From Thermoplasmatota archaeon (lineage in GTDB: Archaea; Thermoplasmatota; Thermoplasmata; Thermoplasmatales; GCA-001856825): 64,000 bases of DNA. The notes under the pieces were generated by a model. That model was not told the origin of the DNA and did not search any database. It saw only the letters and a program-made list of their open reading frames with translations. This document shows positions 28,614-39,082 of this stretch, one piece after another (the stretch's first letter is position 1; each line of letters opens with the position of its first letter). The position numbers and the translations under genes were made by a program. The stretch covers positions 26,616 to 90,615 of the forward strand of contig JAMCUN010000009.1 in NCBI GenBank assembly GCA_023381415.1, in the 5' to 3' direction.

Positions 28614-29756
28614 TCACTCGTTAAGGAATTCGACTATCCTGGAGGCGCCTTCTTCCAGTTCCTTGTCAGATAGAGCGAAGGAGAGCCTGACCCTGTTGAT
28701 TCCTGACGGGCCGAAGCCTGAGCCTGGAGTGACAAGGACCTTCTTCTTGTCCAGGAGCGATGCTGAGAACTCCTCACCTGTCATCCCGTTCTTTAGGAGA
28801 GGGAATGCGTAGAATGTACCTGCCGGTTTTTTGAAGTCTAACCTGTCACTCCTTGATAGAATTGAATGGAGAATGTCCCTCCTCTTTCTAAAAATCTCCC
28901 TCTGCCTTGCGGGGAAATCCTGTTCATCCATCGCCTTTAGGGCTGCGTACTGCGACACGGATGATGCGCATGTGAGCGTCTGTTGCTGGTAAGAATCTAT
29001 ATATGTCGTAAATTCCGGAGGAGAAATCAGGTATCCTATCCTCCAGCCAGTCATCGCGTGACTCTTTGACATCCCGTTTATGACGAAAACCCTTTCCTCC
29101 ATACCTGGGAAAGAGAGAGGGGAGATGTGCTTTCCTTCGTAGATTATCATCTCGTATATCTCGTCAGATGTGATGTAGAGCTTGTAGTCAGATGCTATTT
29201 CTGTCAACCCTTTCATGTCCTGATATGAAGCAACCCATCCGTGGGGGTTGGATGGGGAGTTTATCAGGACCATCCTGGTTTTGTCGTCTATCTTCTCCTT
29301 CAGGTCCTCCAGGTCAGGGCTCCCATCTTCCCTGGATTTGAAATACCTCGGAACACCGCCTGCAATCTTTATGATCTCTGGATACGAAACAAAGCTCGGA
29401 TCCTGTATGAGGACGTTTTCACCCGGCTCTATGACTGCCTGTACTGCCAGGTTTATTGCAAATTTCGCTATAGTTACTATAACGTCCCTGCTCCTGATTT
29501 CCTTTCCTGTCATTAGCTGATATTTCCCAGCAATCTTCTCCCTCAGTTCCTTTATGCCAAGGGAAGATGTGTAATGTGTCTTCCCCTCCCTTGCCTTCTG
29601 TGCCGCATAGTCTATGACGGTCTGTGGTGTTGTTGCATCGGGTTCCCCCACTCCAAAGGAAATTGCGTTCTCACCTTTCTCCTTCAACTCTGAGAATTTG
29701 TTGTTCAGCGACACAGTCGGTGATGGCATAACCGCTTTGAATCTAGACGAGACCAT
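28614..29756 (-). CDS. class I/II PLP aminotransferase (AspC-like)
   Basis: GVGEPD, HYT..G..ELR, NSPSNP.G, SDEIY, SKSHAMTGWRIG, RLSFA. Confidence 0.93.
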   Translation of the reverse strand: MVSSRFKAVMPSPTVSLNNKFSELKEKGENAISFGVGEPDATTPQTVIDYAAQKAREGKTHYTSSLGIKELREKIAGKYQLMTGKEIRSRDVIVTIAKFAINLAVQAVIEPGENVLIQDPSFVSYPEIIKIAGGVPRYFKSREDGSPDLEDLKEKIDDKTRMVLINSPSNPHGWVASYQDMKGLTEIASDYKLYITSDEIYEMIIYEGKHISPLSFPGMEERVFVINGMSKSHAMTGWRIGYLISPPEFTTYIDSYQQQTLTCASSVSQYAALKAMDEQDFPARQREIFRKRRDILHSILSRSDRLDFKKPAGTFYAFPLLKNGMTGEEFSASLLDKKKVLVTPGSGFGPSGINRVRLSFALSDKELEEGASRIVEFLNE

Positions 29757-30210
29757 TTTGAGAAGTGAACTACATTACTCTATAAAGAAGTGACGCTTTA
29801 TCCTTATTTTTTAAGGATATGGCAGTGGATACATCAAGACCAGTATATGGATGTTAAATGTGAATCATCCACCAGAAACCTTGCACAAACTTCTGACAAT
29901 TACATACAGTCAGAAAGTCACTGGACCAAGCAACCCACAACCTTGAAATAACCCTCTTGGAAAGAGTAGAAAAGTCAATCTTTCTCATTTGCAACTCTCT
30001 CTCAAATGCCTGAGACCTGAAATTTTCCACGGAAGGTGGCCTTCCTGATAAAGATAGATTCATTTAGTTGATGAGGCCTCTCATCTAAAACCTTATAAAT
30101 TGGGAAAAAATATTCTTTTTAGGTTGAATTTAGAAGATTTATTTTCCTAAATTCTTCAATTAGAGCTATCAAATTGCCATTATTTATACTGATTGTACCA
30201 TAAGCAACTC

Positions 30211-31650
30211 GTGCAGTCCTCTGAAGAGTCTAACAAGCTTAGAAAGGGGGCTATTGGGATCTGGCAGGGAATTTTTCAATCTGTATCCTATATAGCTCCA
30301 GCAGGCGACGTTGCAATATTGTTGGTCGGAACTTTTGCATTTGCCCTTCAGTTTTCCACGATAAGCGTGATCTTGGGATGGCTTATTTACGGTATAATGA
30401 TGATTGTTCCCTACAAATTCTCCAAGAAACTGGCAACTGCAGGTTCATACTATTCATACGCCGCCAGTAGCGGAGACGGAGGAATATGGGGAATAATGAC
30501 AGAACTTCCGTGGTTCTTTGACCAGTTTACTGGGGAATCATTCGCAATTCTTGGACTTGCTTCGTTCATTGCCCTGATATTCCCTTCGGTATTCTATTAC
30601 GTCTGGGTCCCCATTGCAATATTTGTCGCACTTTTTGGCCTTGTACTGCCATACCTTGGAATTAAGCTGTCCCTGAACTACGCGCTCTATACTGGTATGG
30701 CAGAGATTCTGTTCCTAATAATAGGAGCCGTCATAGTTATATTGAGAGTTGGATCCTCTCATCTATCGGTCCAGCCATTCACCATTCCAGCTGCTCTGAT
30801 AGGGCCCATCATGTTTGGTACAATATTTTCGATTGTGGACTTCATCGGACTTGGCTCTGTTACAACTACGTCAGAGGAAATCACCAAACCCAGGAAACAT
30901 ATCAGAAACTCATTGTTTTTTGCATGGCTTCTGGCCGGAGTAACCCTGATTCCTGCGACGTATGCTTTGACTGTTGGCTGGGGAATAGGAAACATAGCGA
31001 GCTATGCTGTTTCTCCTGACCCAGGACTGATCGTTTTTGGAAAGTTTTTGGGACCGATAGGGGCAGGCCTCATGATCATATTTACAGCTAACAGTTACCT
31101 CGACTATTCAGTGGCGAAAGTGAACGCTACAAACAGAGTATGGTATACCATGGCGAAGAATAAATTCGTCTTCCCTAGGTTTATGTCAAAGCTGAACAAG
31201 CACGGTGTCCCCGGAAACTCCATGATTGTCAACACGAGCGTAATCCTGATTCTCTCCCTGATTGCAGGCTTCATTTTGGGACCGGCATATGGTGCACTTG
31301 TTTTCCTAACCGCAATTGGAATAGGGTCGATATTTGTCCACCTGTTTATGAACGTTGCTTTTATACGATTCACTCAAAAGAACAAAACGAGAGAATCCCT
31401 GGTAAACTACGCCGCATCCATTGGAGGCATAATAGCTGCTCTTGCAATCATCACTGTATCATCCTATTCCACAGTGACAACCTATTTTGCATCTCCGTCT
31501 GTGTTAAATGCAGCTTACATGGGAGCAGTCATATTTGCATTGATATGGTCAGCGGTTATAGGCCCGATATTCGCAATATATCTGAAACACAGGAAGTCAG
31601 ATGTCCTGAAAAACTCGGCCTTGGTTCCAAGCGACGTGGAAGAGGATTGA
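30211..31650 (+). CDS. APC family amino acid/amine permease
   Basis: LRKGAIG..Q...QS...IAPA, AGSYYSY, F.G.G..TT.SEE..KP; about 12 TM; GTG start from TATA spacing. Confidence 0.88.
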   Translation: MQSSEESNKLRKGAIGIWQGIFQSVSYIAPAGDVAILLVGTFAFALQFSTISVILGWLIYGIMMIVPYKFSKKLATAGSYYSYAASSGDGGIWGIMTELPWFFDQFTGESFAILGLASFIALIFPSVFYYVWVPIAIFVALFGLVLPYLGIKLSLNYALYTGMAEILFLIIGAVIVILRVGSSHLSVQPFTIPAALIGPIMFGTIFSIVDFIGLGSVTTTSEEITKPRKHIRNSLFFAWLLAGVTLIPATYALTVGWGIGNIASYAVSPDPGLIVFGKFLGPIGAGLMIIFTANSYLDYSVAKVNATNRVWYTMAKNKFVFPRFMSKLNKHGVPGNSMIVNTSVILILSLIAGFILGPAYGALVFLTAIGIGSIFVHLFMNVAFIRFTQKNKTRESLVNYAASIGGIIAALAIITVSSYSTVTTYFASPSVLNAAYMGAVIFALIWSAVIGPIFAIYLKHRKSDVLKNSALVPSDVEED

Positions 31651-32691
31651 ATGAAGGCAGCCAGACTAGAGTCTGTGGGAAAACCCTTAAAGCTCATGGA
31701 CATAGATACTCCGCCTGTTCCTAAGAAAGGTGCACTTGTCAGAGTCAAGGCAGCAGGCGTATGCCACAGTGATGTTCACCTGAGAGATGGAGGATACGGC
31801 AAAATAGACATCGTTAAGGATTTAGGAGCAAAGCTCCCAATAACACTAGGACATGAGATTGCTGGAATAGTGGAAGAAGTTGGTGAGGATGTGAGGGGGC
31901 TGTCTTCTGGAGACAGGGTGGTGGTTAACCCGTGGATAGGAGATGGAACCTGCAAATACTGTCTGTCAGGACTCACCAATCTATGCGACAGCCCGGTAAA
32001 TCTGGGTGAGAACACCGATGGAGGGTATGCCGAGCTTGTTGCAGTACCTGACTCTTCATACATTGCAAAAACAGGGTTGAGCTTCTCGGATGCAGCGCCG
32101 CTATCGTGCTCTGGACTTACCGTCTTTTCTGCGCTTAAAAAGGCGAGCTTGAATCCTTCTATGGTTTTGCTTCTAGTGGGGGCGGGAGGAGGCTTGGGCT
32201 CGATGGCAGTACAGCTTGGCAAACTTCTGGGAGCTCCCACGATTATAGGGGTAGATACGAACACTAAGGCGCTAAATCTCGCAAAGAGTCTGGGAGCTGA
32301 CATAACGCTAAATGTGAACGATCCGGACTTTGAAAAGGAAATCAAATCGACAACAGATGGTTACGGACCAGATGTGATAGTTGATTTTAACTCTTCGACC
32401 CAGACCCTGTCTAAGTTTATCCCACTCCTTGCAAAAGGAGGAAGATACATTATGGTTGGATTGTACGGAGGAAGATTGGAGTACGACACTCCAAATCTGA
32501 TAAATTACCAAAAGCAGATTTCAACCAGCGTGGTCGGCACTCTAAAGGAATTCAGGGAACTGATTGCGCTCTCTGATAAGAAATATCTAAAGTCGACGGT
32601 AACAAGCTTGTTCAAGCTGGGTGACGTAAACAAAGCCATTGACAACCTTAAAAAGGGGACAGCTCAGGGGAGACAAATAGTAGAAATCTAG
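31651..32691 (+). CDS. zinc-dependent alcohol dehydrogenase (MDR)
   Basis: GVCHSD.H, LGHE.AG, D..C..C.......C structural site, PLSCSG, GAGGGLG. Confidence 0.93.
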   Translation: MKAARLESVGKPLKLMDIDTPPVPKKGALVRVKAAGVCHSDVHLRDGGYGKIDIVKDLGAKLPITLGHEIAGIVEEVGEDVRGLSSGDRVVVNPWIGDGTCKYCLSGLTNLCDSPVNLGENTDGGYAELVAVPDSSYIAKTGLSFSDAAPLSCSGLTVFSALKKASLNPSMVLLLVGAGGGLGSMAVQLGKLLGAPTIIGVDTNTKALNLAKSLGADITLNVNDPDFEKEIKSTTDGYGPDVIVDFNSSTQTLSKFIPLLAKGGRYIMVGLYGGRLEYDTPNLINYQKQISTSVVGTLKEFRELIALSDKKYLKSTVTSLFKLGDVNKAIDNLKKGTAQGRQIVEI

Positions 32692-32875
32692 GGGCTTAAT
32701 TATGATCAATTAAAGTTTTGAACATCATAAAGAGAGGTGATTCCAATCTCTCTTCGGTAGAGTTTTGCTGCCCACTTGCAGCTGTTTTGATGCAGACCGC
32801 ATTTTCCCGTAACATCGATACTTCCTTGATATATATGAGTGGTTTCGTTAAGCGTAATTTAAATTTTGGCGCTGA

Positions 32876-34045
32876 TCATTTTCTATGGGTCGGCGGGTTC
32901 CTCCTGAAGGATTGTATCCTCTTCCCATCAATCGATGCTGGAAATTTCGTGAATAGCATTTCTTTACCCCTTACATTCCTCCTTTCTATGAAGGATGAAA
33001 GACTCATTTCATTCATGACATCAGTCAGCCGGTTTATTGGGGCAACGGGGATTGATCTTCCGTTGAATATTCTTATCCACTGACTTGCACGTTTTTGAAT
33101 CATTATTTGCTCAAGAAGAGGAATCAGCTCGTCCCTGTGCTTAACCCTTTGTTCATTAGTCCTGAAACGCTCGTCGTTTACTAGGTCGGGTCTGTTTATG
33201 GCAGCGCAGAATCTGCCCCATTGATTGTTGTTCGCAACGGCAATGATCAGCTTCCTGTCCTTAGTGTCAAAGGGTTGGTATGGTACAATCCCGGGGTGAG
33301 CAGTTCCAGCTGGTTTAGGATTTTCTCCAGTTGCCGCAAGATATCCAAACAGAAATGGCATAGAATAGATTGCGCTTCCAATGAGTGGTATGTCCACCCT
33401 GGTGCCACCCCTCTCCCCCCTTTTCGCTGAGGAGTAGAGGTAGGCCAGAATTGTTGTAGCGCAAAGATATGCAGTGTAGATATCTACGGTTGAATTGCCT
33501 ATTCTAGCCAGATTATTTTCATCCATCCCCGTGACGCTCATCAAGCCGGATTCACCCTGCATCAGTATGTCGTATCCAGGCAAGCTGGCTCGCTTTCCCT
33601 CCCTTCCGTATCCTGAAATAGTCACGTAAATGATTTTTCCATTCTTCGATCTTATGGTATCATATCCTACTCCCAGCTCCTCCTCCACTCTCGGCAGGAA
33701 ATTGTGAATGAAGACATCAGATTTCCTTATTAGAGAATAGAGCCTCTCTCTACCATTTCTTTCCTTCAGATTCAGGAATAGAACCTTCTTGTTCCTGTTT
33801 ATTGAAAGGTAGTACGAACTTTCCCTGCCGATAAGGGGCTGGTAATATCTAGTTTCATCCCCCTTTTCCCTGTCTTCTACCCTTATAACCTCGGCTCCAA
33901 GATCGGATAGGAGCATTGAGCAAAACGGGCCCGCAAGCACTCGCGATGCGTCCAGAATCTTCACTCCTTCTAGCGGGAGATTGACCTTTGAATGGTTGCC
34001 CTTATTCCTGCTCCCTCCCTTCCTTCGCTTTACATCTGAGTTCAA
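32876..34045 (-). CDS. CoA-transferase family III (CaiB/BaiF)
   Basis: PLEG.KILD..RVLAGPF..M.L.DLGAEVI.VE, GD.TR, NRNK, GYG..G, GYD...Q.ESG.MS.TG. Confidence 0.93.
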   Translation of the reverse strand: MNSDVKRRKGGSRNKGNHSKVNLPLEGVKILDASRVLAGPFCSMLLSDLGAEVIRVEDREKGDETRYYQPLIGRESSYYLSINRNKKVLFLNLKERNGRERLYSLIRKSDVFIHNFLPRVEEELGVGYDTIRSKNGKIIYVTISGYGREGKRASLPGYDILMQGESGLMSVTGMDENNLARIGNSTVDIYTAYLCATTILAYLYSSAKRGERGGTRVDIPLIGSAIYSMPFLFGYLAATGENPKPAGTAHPGIVPYQPFDTKDRKLIIAVANNNQWGRFCAAINRPDLVNDERFRTNEQRVKHRDELIPLLEQIMIQKRASQWIRIFNGRSIPVAPINRLTDVMNEMSLSSFIERRNVRGKEMLFTKFPASIDGKRIQSFRRNPPTHRK

Positions 34046-34064
34046 GGTTTCCTCAATCGTATTT

Positions 34065-35570
34065 CTACTCAGAAGGCTGATCTCCGTATATCTGGTAGTA
34101 CCAGCTCTTTCTCGCCTGACCGGTCAGGTCAACGTAAACGTGCTTGACGGTGGTGAATTCCTCCAGCGAGTATTTTGAGGTTGAAGCGCCGTAACCTGAC
34201 TTCTTCATCGGGGACCACGGCATTTCCGAAGGGATAGGTGCGTGGTCGTTCACCCAAACTGTCCCAAACCTCAGGTCCCTGGCAGCCATCATTGCTGTCC
34301 TCAGATCCCTTGTCCACACGGAAGAAGCAAGTCCATAGAGGACGTCGTTCGCCTTCTCTATTACTTCATCGTACGTCTTGAATCTAAGAAGAACTGGGAC
34401 AGGCCCGAATATCTCCTCCTGAACGATGCGTGCCTTGTTGTTTTCTGTAGAGAACAGTGCAGGCCTCAGGAAGAACCCCTTTTCCAGTCCGCTTGTTCCA
34501 CCCTCATAAAGTATATCAGCCTCCTTCTTCCCAATCTCAATATAATCCATCACCTTTGTCTTCTGCTCTTTCGAAATCATCGGTCCGAGATCTGTCTTCG
34601 GATTCGTCGGGTCACCGACCCTTACCCTGCTCAGCTTCTCCACCATCAGCTTCCTGAACTTATCGAACACGCCTTCCTGGACGTATATTCTTGTTGCTGC
34701 CCCGCAGTCCTGTCCGTTGTTAATGAGTCCTCCTACGACTGCCCCTTCCGTTGCTGCTTCCAGGTCAGCGTCGTCAAACACTATGAAAGGTGCCTTTCCT
34801 CCGAGTTCGAGTGAAAGCCTCTTCACAGAGTCAGATGCCAGACTGGATATCCTCTTCCCTACTTCATTAGAGCCAGTGAATGCAACCATGTCAACACTCT
34901 CACTCCTTGCCAATTCCTCACCAACAGCGGCTCCAGATCCTGTGACTACGTTGAAAACCCCCTTCGGTATCCCTGCCTTCTTCACCGCATTGGCCATCTC
35001 CAGTGCCGTCAGTGGAGTGTAGCTTGCGGGCTTAACAACTACAGTGTTTCCTGCAGCAATGGCAGGTATAGCCCTCCACCCAACCATCATCAACGGATAA
35101 TTCCAAGGTGTTATCGCCGCAACCACTCCCACCGGCTCCCTCCTCAGCATGCTTGTCCCGTCCTGAACGTATTCCTTTGCAGCAATACCCTCTATCAGCC
35201 TTGTTGCACCTGCGAAGAACCTCAGGTTGTCTATTGTGTATGCAATGTCGTAATCAACCACCTGCTTGACTGCCTTTCCTGTATTCTGGAGCTCTATTTC
35301 GCCGTACCTAAGCATATTCTCCTCGACTATCCTTGCCAGCTTCATTATGAGCTCTGCCCTTGAAGCCGGAGGCATCCTCGGCCAGGGACCAGAATCGAAC
35401 GCTGTCCTGGCCGCATCTATCGCTGCCCTCACATCATCCCTTCCACCCTTCTGTATCCTAGCTATTGCCTGTTCGTTTGCAGGATTGATAACGTCCTGTT
35501 CCTCCCCCTTCTTTGACTTTACCCATTCGTTGTCGATGAATAAATCGTAACTCTTCATGTGTTCCCCCAT
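34065..35570 (-). CDS. aldehyde dehydrogenase (aminobutyraldehyde/betaine-aldehyde type)
   Basis: TPWNYP, KPAS.TP, FTGS..VG, LELGGKAP, GQDC, EEIFGPV. Confidence 0.93.
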   Translation of the reverse strand: MGEHMKSYDLFIDNEWVKSKKGEEQDVINPANEQAIARIQKGGRDDVRAAIDAARTAFDSGPWPRMPPASRAELIMKLARIVEENMLRYGEIELQNTGKAVKQVVDYDIAYTIDNLRFFAGATRLIEGIAAKEYVQDGTSMLRREPVGVVAAITPWNYPLMMVGWRAIPAIAAGNTVVVKPASYTPLTALEMANAVKKAGIPKGVFNVVTGSGAAVGEELARSESVDMVAFTGSNEVGKRISSLASDSVKRLSLELGGKAPFIVFDDADLEAATEGAVVGGLINNGQDCGAATRIYVQEGVFDKFRKLMVEKLSRVRVGDPTNPKTDLGPMISKEQKTKVMDYIEIGKKEADILYEGGTSGLEKGFFLRPALFSTENNKARIVQEEIFGPVPVLLRFKTYDEVIEKANDVLYGLASSVWTRDLRTAMMAARDLRFGTVWVNDHAPIPSEMPWSPMKKSGYGASTSKYSLEEFTTVKHVYVDLTGQARKSWYYQIYGDQPSE

Positions 35571-35974
35571 GACTTATACTCGATCTAAGGATAAAATTTC
35601 TCACCTTATTTCCCCTCCCATGATCAAGGAGAAAATAAGTGCATTATACCTTGGCAATTGGTAAATTATTTCGTCGATGAACCTTGAGGAGATGCGATAT
35701 GCGATCCACTGTTGAAAGCATCTTCGACTGCATTTTCTAGCAGCATATTCCATTGGTAACTCCGCATTCAAGCTACTTCAATTTCTGTGTTCCATCCAAC
35801 CATCTTTCGTTCTAATCAAGAAACAGTTTGAATATCATTTGCAGCAACTGAAATGACCGCGTTTAAGAGATATGGATCATCTACCATTCTTTGCCTGCCA
35901 AAGGAATTCAGCTGCCCTTAATCACTGGCTAATTCCTTGGAAAACTTATAGGGATGCCCACGATCTCGGTGACG

Positions 35975-36997
35975 ATGCAGAGAAGTGTTTTTAGTCTCTT
36001 CTGTTCGGAATGGTTCGGCATCTCAATCTCAACCCTTGCCCTTGCCCAACTTTACATTCTTCTATCCCAAGAGTTTCATTTGGAGTTCTTGGGACTTATA
36101 GCAGAATTCCTCTCAATCTCGGGCATTTCTATTTTCCTGTTGGTATTGGTACTGTGGATATCCAGGTCCATCACCCTCAGGGATGGTACATTTTCGCACT
36201 GGAACAACATGACGAGGCTCAGTTTTACTGCGCTCATCCCAATTATAGGATTTGTGGGAAATTATCAGCTGATCTATTTCTTCGGCCTTTCAGGTACAAC
36301 AGCGTACTTTTCGACAGTAAATTTTTATGCCGAGTACGTCCTTGCCCTGGGACTAGGGGTGACTCTCGGTTACAGGCTGTATACCAAGGAGATAGACCCC
36401 AAGGAGATCAGTTACGCGATAGTCATACCCCCTCTTGCAATAGGCACAGGCGTCTTCCTCGCAGGAACACTGATGAAGTATTACGGAGGAGTAGAGGAGC
36501 AGGCGATGTACTTCCTTGTCCTGATGGGACTGGGCATATTCTTCTTCCTTTTCGTGTTCATAGGCTCACTCGCCCTTGCAGGGCATGTATCTACCAAAGT
36601 TCATGAAACAATGCCAACAACAATGCTGCCTGTTGGAATTGCAAGTCTCATAATCATAAACCTGTTCTCCCTATCGGGTTTCGGAAAGGTGGACGAGCTT
36701 TTCATCGGATTGCAATCCGTCGAATGGGTCTCAGTCCTTCTCTGGGGTTTCGAGGTCTGGAATTTCCTTGTGGTGATGATACTGATGTTAACCCGTCCTG
36801 TGAAGGGGACTCTTGGCGCATGGGCATACGGATTTCCTCTCGGATTGTTTGCAACTTCAACTGTCAGGATACTTGCTGTCACCCATTTCACCCCACTTCT
36901 GTGGGTTTTTGTAGCTATTGCCGTGATATTCAACATTCTGTGGGTATATGCCTGGATTAACACTGGAATATTCATAAGAAGGTCAATATCATCTTGA
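35975..36997 (+). CDS. TDT/SLAC1-family anion channel or transporter
   Basis: About 10 TM, WFG.. in TM1, 'WAYGFPLG' signature; ORF extends to 35954. Confidence 0.75.
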   Translation: MQRSVFSLFCSEWFGISISTLALAQLYILLSQEFHLEFLGLIAEFLSISGISIFLLVLVLWISRSITLRDGTFSHWNNMTRLSFTALIPIIGFVGNYQLIYFFGLSGTTAYFSTVNFYAEYVLALGLGVTLGYRLYTKEIDPKEISYAIVIPPLAIGTGVFLAGTLMKYYGGVEEQAMYFLVLMGLGIFFFLFVFIGSLALAGHVSTKVHETMPTTMLPVGIASLIIINLFSLSGFGKVDELFIGLQSVEWVSVLLWGFEVWNFLVVMILMLTRPVKGTLGAWAYGFPLGLFATSTVRILAVTHFTPLLWVFVAIAVIFNILWVYAWINTGIFIRRSISS

Positions 36998-37192
36998 GAT
37001 GATACCCTTCACCAACTGGAAACATTAACCTGGACGGCTTCTATATTCAGGCCTATTAATGCCTGATGCTCGTCTATCGGCAAGAAGAAATGACCGTCCT
37101 CCGATTTTATCAATTCATATATTGGATCAAGGTGCTTCGATTTTGGCACATATCCCAAGAAAAGGTAAATAATCCAATTGACCTATTGCGTT

Positions 37193-37948
37193 GTGTCCAT
37201 CAAGGTCCAATCCCTGAACAAATTCTACGGGCAGAAGAGAGTTCTTTCAAACTTCTCCATCGAAATTCCTGACGGGGAAATATATGGGATACTGGGACCG
37301 AACGGATCTGGAAAAACAACCCTACTGAAGATAATGGCAGGCATTTCCCAGTTCGATGGAGGTTCAGTTACCGTAGACGGAATAGACGCGAAGACTGACC
37401 AGATTGCAATAAGGAAGATAGTAGGGTATGTTCCTGAAACCCCTTACCTCTACGAGAGCCTTACACCTTATGAATACTTCAGTTTCATAGGGTCAATAAG
37501 GGGAATACCAAGGGATGTGGCCCAGAGAAGGGCTGACGACCTGACGAAGGCGTTCGGGATGGAGGAGTACAACGACCAGTTCATAGGCAGCCTCTCCTTC
37601 GGAACAAGGCAGAAGGTTTCGATCATAGCTTCCCTCATCCACTCACCAAAGATTCTCATCCTCGACGAGAGCATAAACGGCCTGGACCCGCAGTCGGCGA
37701 AGATATTCAGGGACCTGCTGAGGAGCCTTTCCCAGGACGGGATGACAGTGGTCTTCTCCACTCATATACTTGAGATTGCGGAGAACGTATGCGAGGAGAT
37801 AGCGATAATGAAGGGAGGGGAGATCGTTGCCCAGGGAAGGACGTCAGAACTCCTGAAGGAAAGGAACCTGGAGGATGTGTTCATCGACCTCACTTCCACA
37901 GAAGACATAAGTTCTGTTGTAAGCGCACTCAGGGGCTCCCTGAGATAA
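37193..37948 (+). CDS. ABC transporter ATP-binding protein (exporter type)
   Basis: GPNGSGKTT, LSFGTRQKV, ILDE..NGLDP, STH, LEDVF. Confidence 0.92.
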   Translation: MSIKVQSLNKFYGQKRVLSNFSIEIPDGEIYGILGPNGSGKTTLLKIMAGISQFDGGSVTVDGIDAKTDQIAIRKIVGYVPETPYLYESLTPYEYFSFIGSIRGIPRDVAQRRADDLTKAFGMEEYNDQFIGSLSFGTRQKVSIIASLIHSPKILILDESINGLDPQSAKIFRDLLRSLSQDGMTVVFSTHILEIAENVCEEIAIMKGGEIVAQGRTSELLKERNLEDVFIDLTSTEDISSVVSALRGSLR

Positions 37949-37999
37949 GTTGATAATTGACGCAACAAAATTATTAGTTTCCGAAGGCATACTAGTGTT

Positions 38000-39082
38000 A
38001 TGCTATCCTACAGCAAGATTTCCAACCCCCTTTTGAAACCGTTCAAGACAAGTTTCGGAACGCAGCTCACCCGTGACGCTGTCATTCTAACATACATGGA
38101 CGAAAGCATGGAGGCTTATGCTGAAGCAGTCACTGATGAGGCGCCGCTCTACGGATACGAAGACAACTACACGCTGTTCCACGTAATAAACAACCACCTC
38201 AAGACCATTTTTTCCCCTGACCTGGAACCAGAAAAGTTCAACGAAAAGGCCAAAGAGATCAGAGGGCACAACATGGCGAAGGGGGCGATGGAAATGCTTC
38301 TGTGGGATATAAATGCGAAGAGGGAGGGCAAGCCGCTGCACAAGTTCCTCGGAAAGAGCAAGGGGTACGCTGATGTGGGTATATCGATCGGGATGTCTTC
38401 GATAGATGACGAGATGAGGACAATAGAGGAATCACTGAAGAAGGGGTACAGGAGGATAAAGGTGAAGATAGAAAGGGGGTTCAATGTGGAGCTGTTGAGG
38501 GCAATCAGGAACAGGTTTGGCGACATCCCCCTGAGCGCAGACGCGAACCAGGGATTCACAAGGGACGATTTCAAGATTCTTAAGAAGATAGATGAGTTCA
38601 ACCTCATCTACATAGAGCAGCCCCTCCCCCTTGAGGACATCAACGGTCATGCCCTCCTCAGGAAAGAGATCAAGACGCCGATCTGCCTTGACGAAAGCAT
38701 AGAATCCGTGGAATCTGCAACGAATGCAATCGAAAGGGGGGCGGTGGACGTGATAAACATCAAACCTGGGAGGGTGGGAGGATTGCAGAACTCGCTTGAT
38801 ATCATGGAAAAGGCCAGGGAGAGGGGGGTGAATATCTGGATAGGGGGAATGCTTGAGACAGGAATTGGACGGTCGTTCAACATATCTCTCGCATCAAACT
38901 CTCTCGTCAACATGCCAGGGGACACATCGCCGAATTCCAGGTATTTCAAGAAGGACATAACAAACGAAACGTTCGAGATGAAGGACGGAAGGATAGCGCC
39001 TTTAAAAGGAAATGGAATAGGAGTAACGCTCGATTACAGATTCCTGAGCACACTTCAGGTGGAAGGGGGGAGGCTGCTTTGA
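38000..39082 (+). CDS. menC: o-succinylbenzoate synthase / N-acylamino acid racemase (enolase superfamily)
   Basis: PFKTSFG, KVK, DAN, EQP, LDES, NIKPGRVGG, GGMLE.GIGR, PGD.S. Confidence 0.88.
   Translation: MLSYSKISNPLLKPFKTSFGTQLTRDAVILTYMDESMEAYAEAVTDEAPLYGYEDNYTLFHVINNHLKTIFSPDLEPEKFNEKAKEIRGHNMAKGAMEMLLWDINAKREGKPLHKFLGKSKGYADVGISIGMSSIDDEMRTIEESLKKGYRRIKVKIERGFNVELLRAIRNRFGDIPLSADANQGFTRDDFKILKKIDEFNLIYIEQPLPLEDINGHALLRKEIKTPICLDESIESVESATNAIERGAVDVINIKPGRVGGLQNSLDIMEKARERGVNIWIGGMLETGIGRSFNISLASNSLVNMPGDTSPNSRYFKKDITNETFEMKDGRIAPLKGNGIGVTLDYRFLSTLQVEGGRLL

Noticed and set aside
29760..30190. 69-aa minus-strand ORF or remnant upstream of the APC permease
   Set aside because: No recognisable motif; stops in the other frames
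35580..35950. Partly open minus-strand frame between ALDH and TDT
   Set aside because: Two internal stops and no family recognisable
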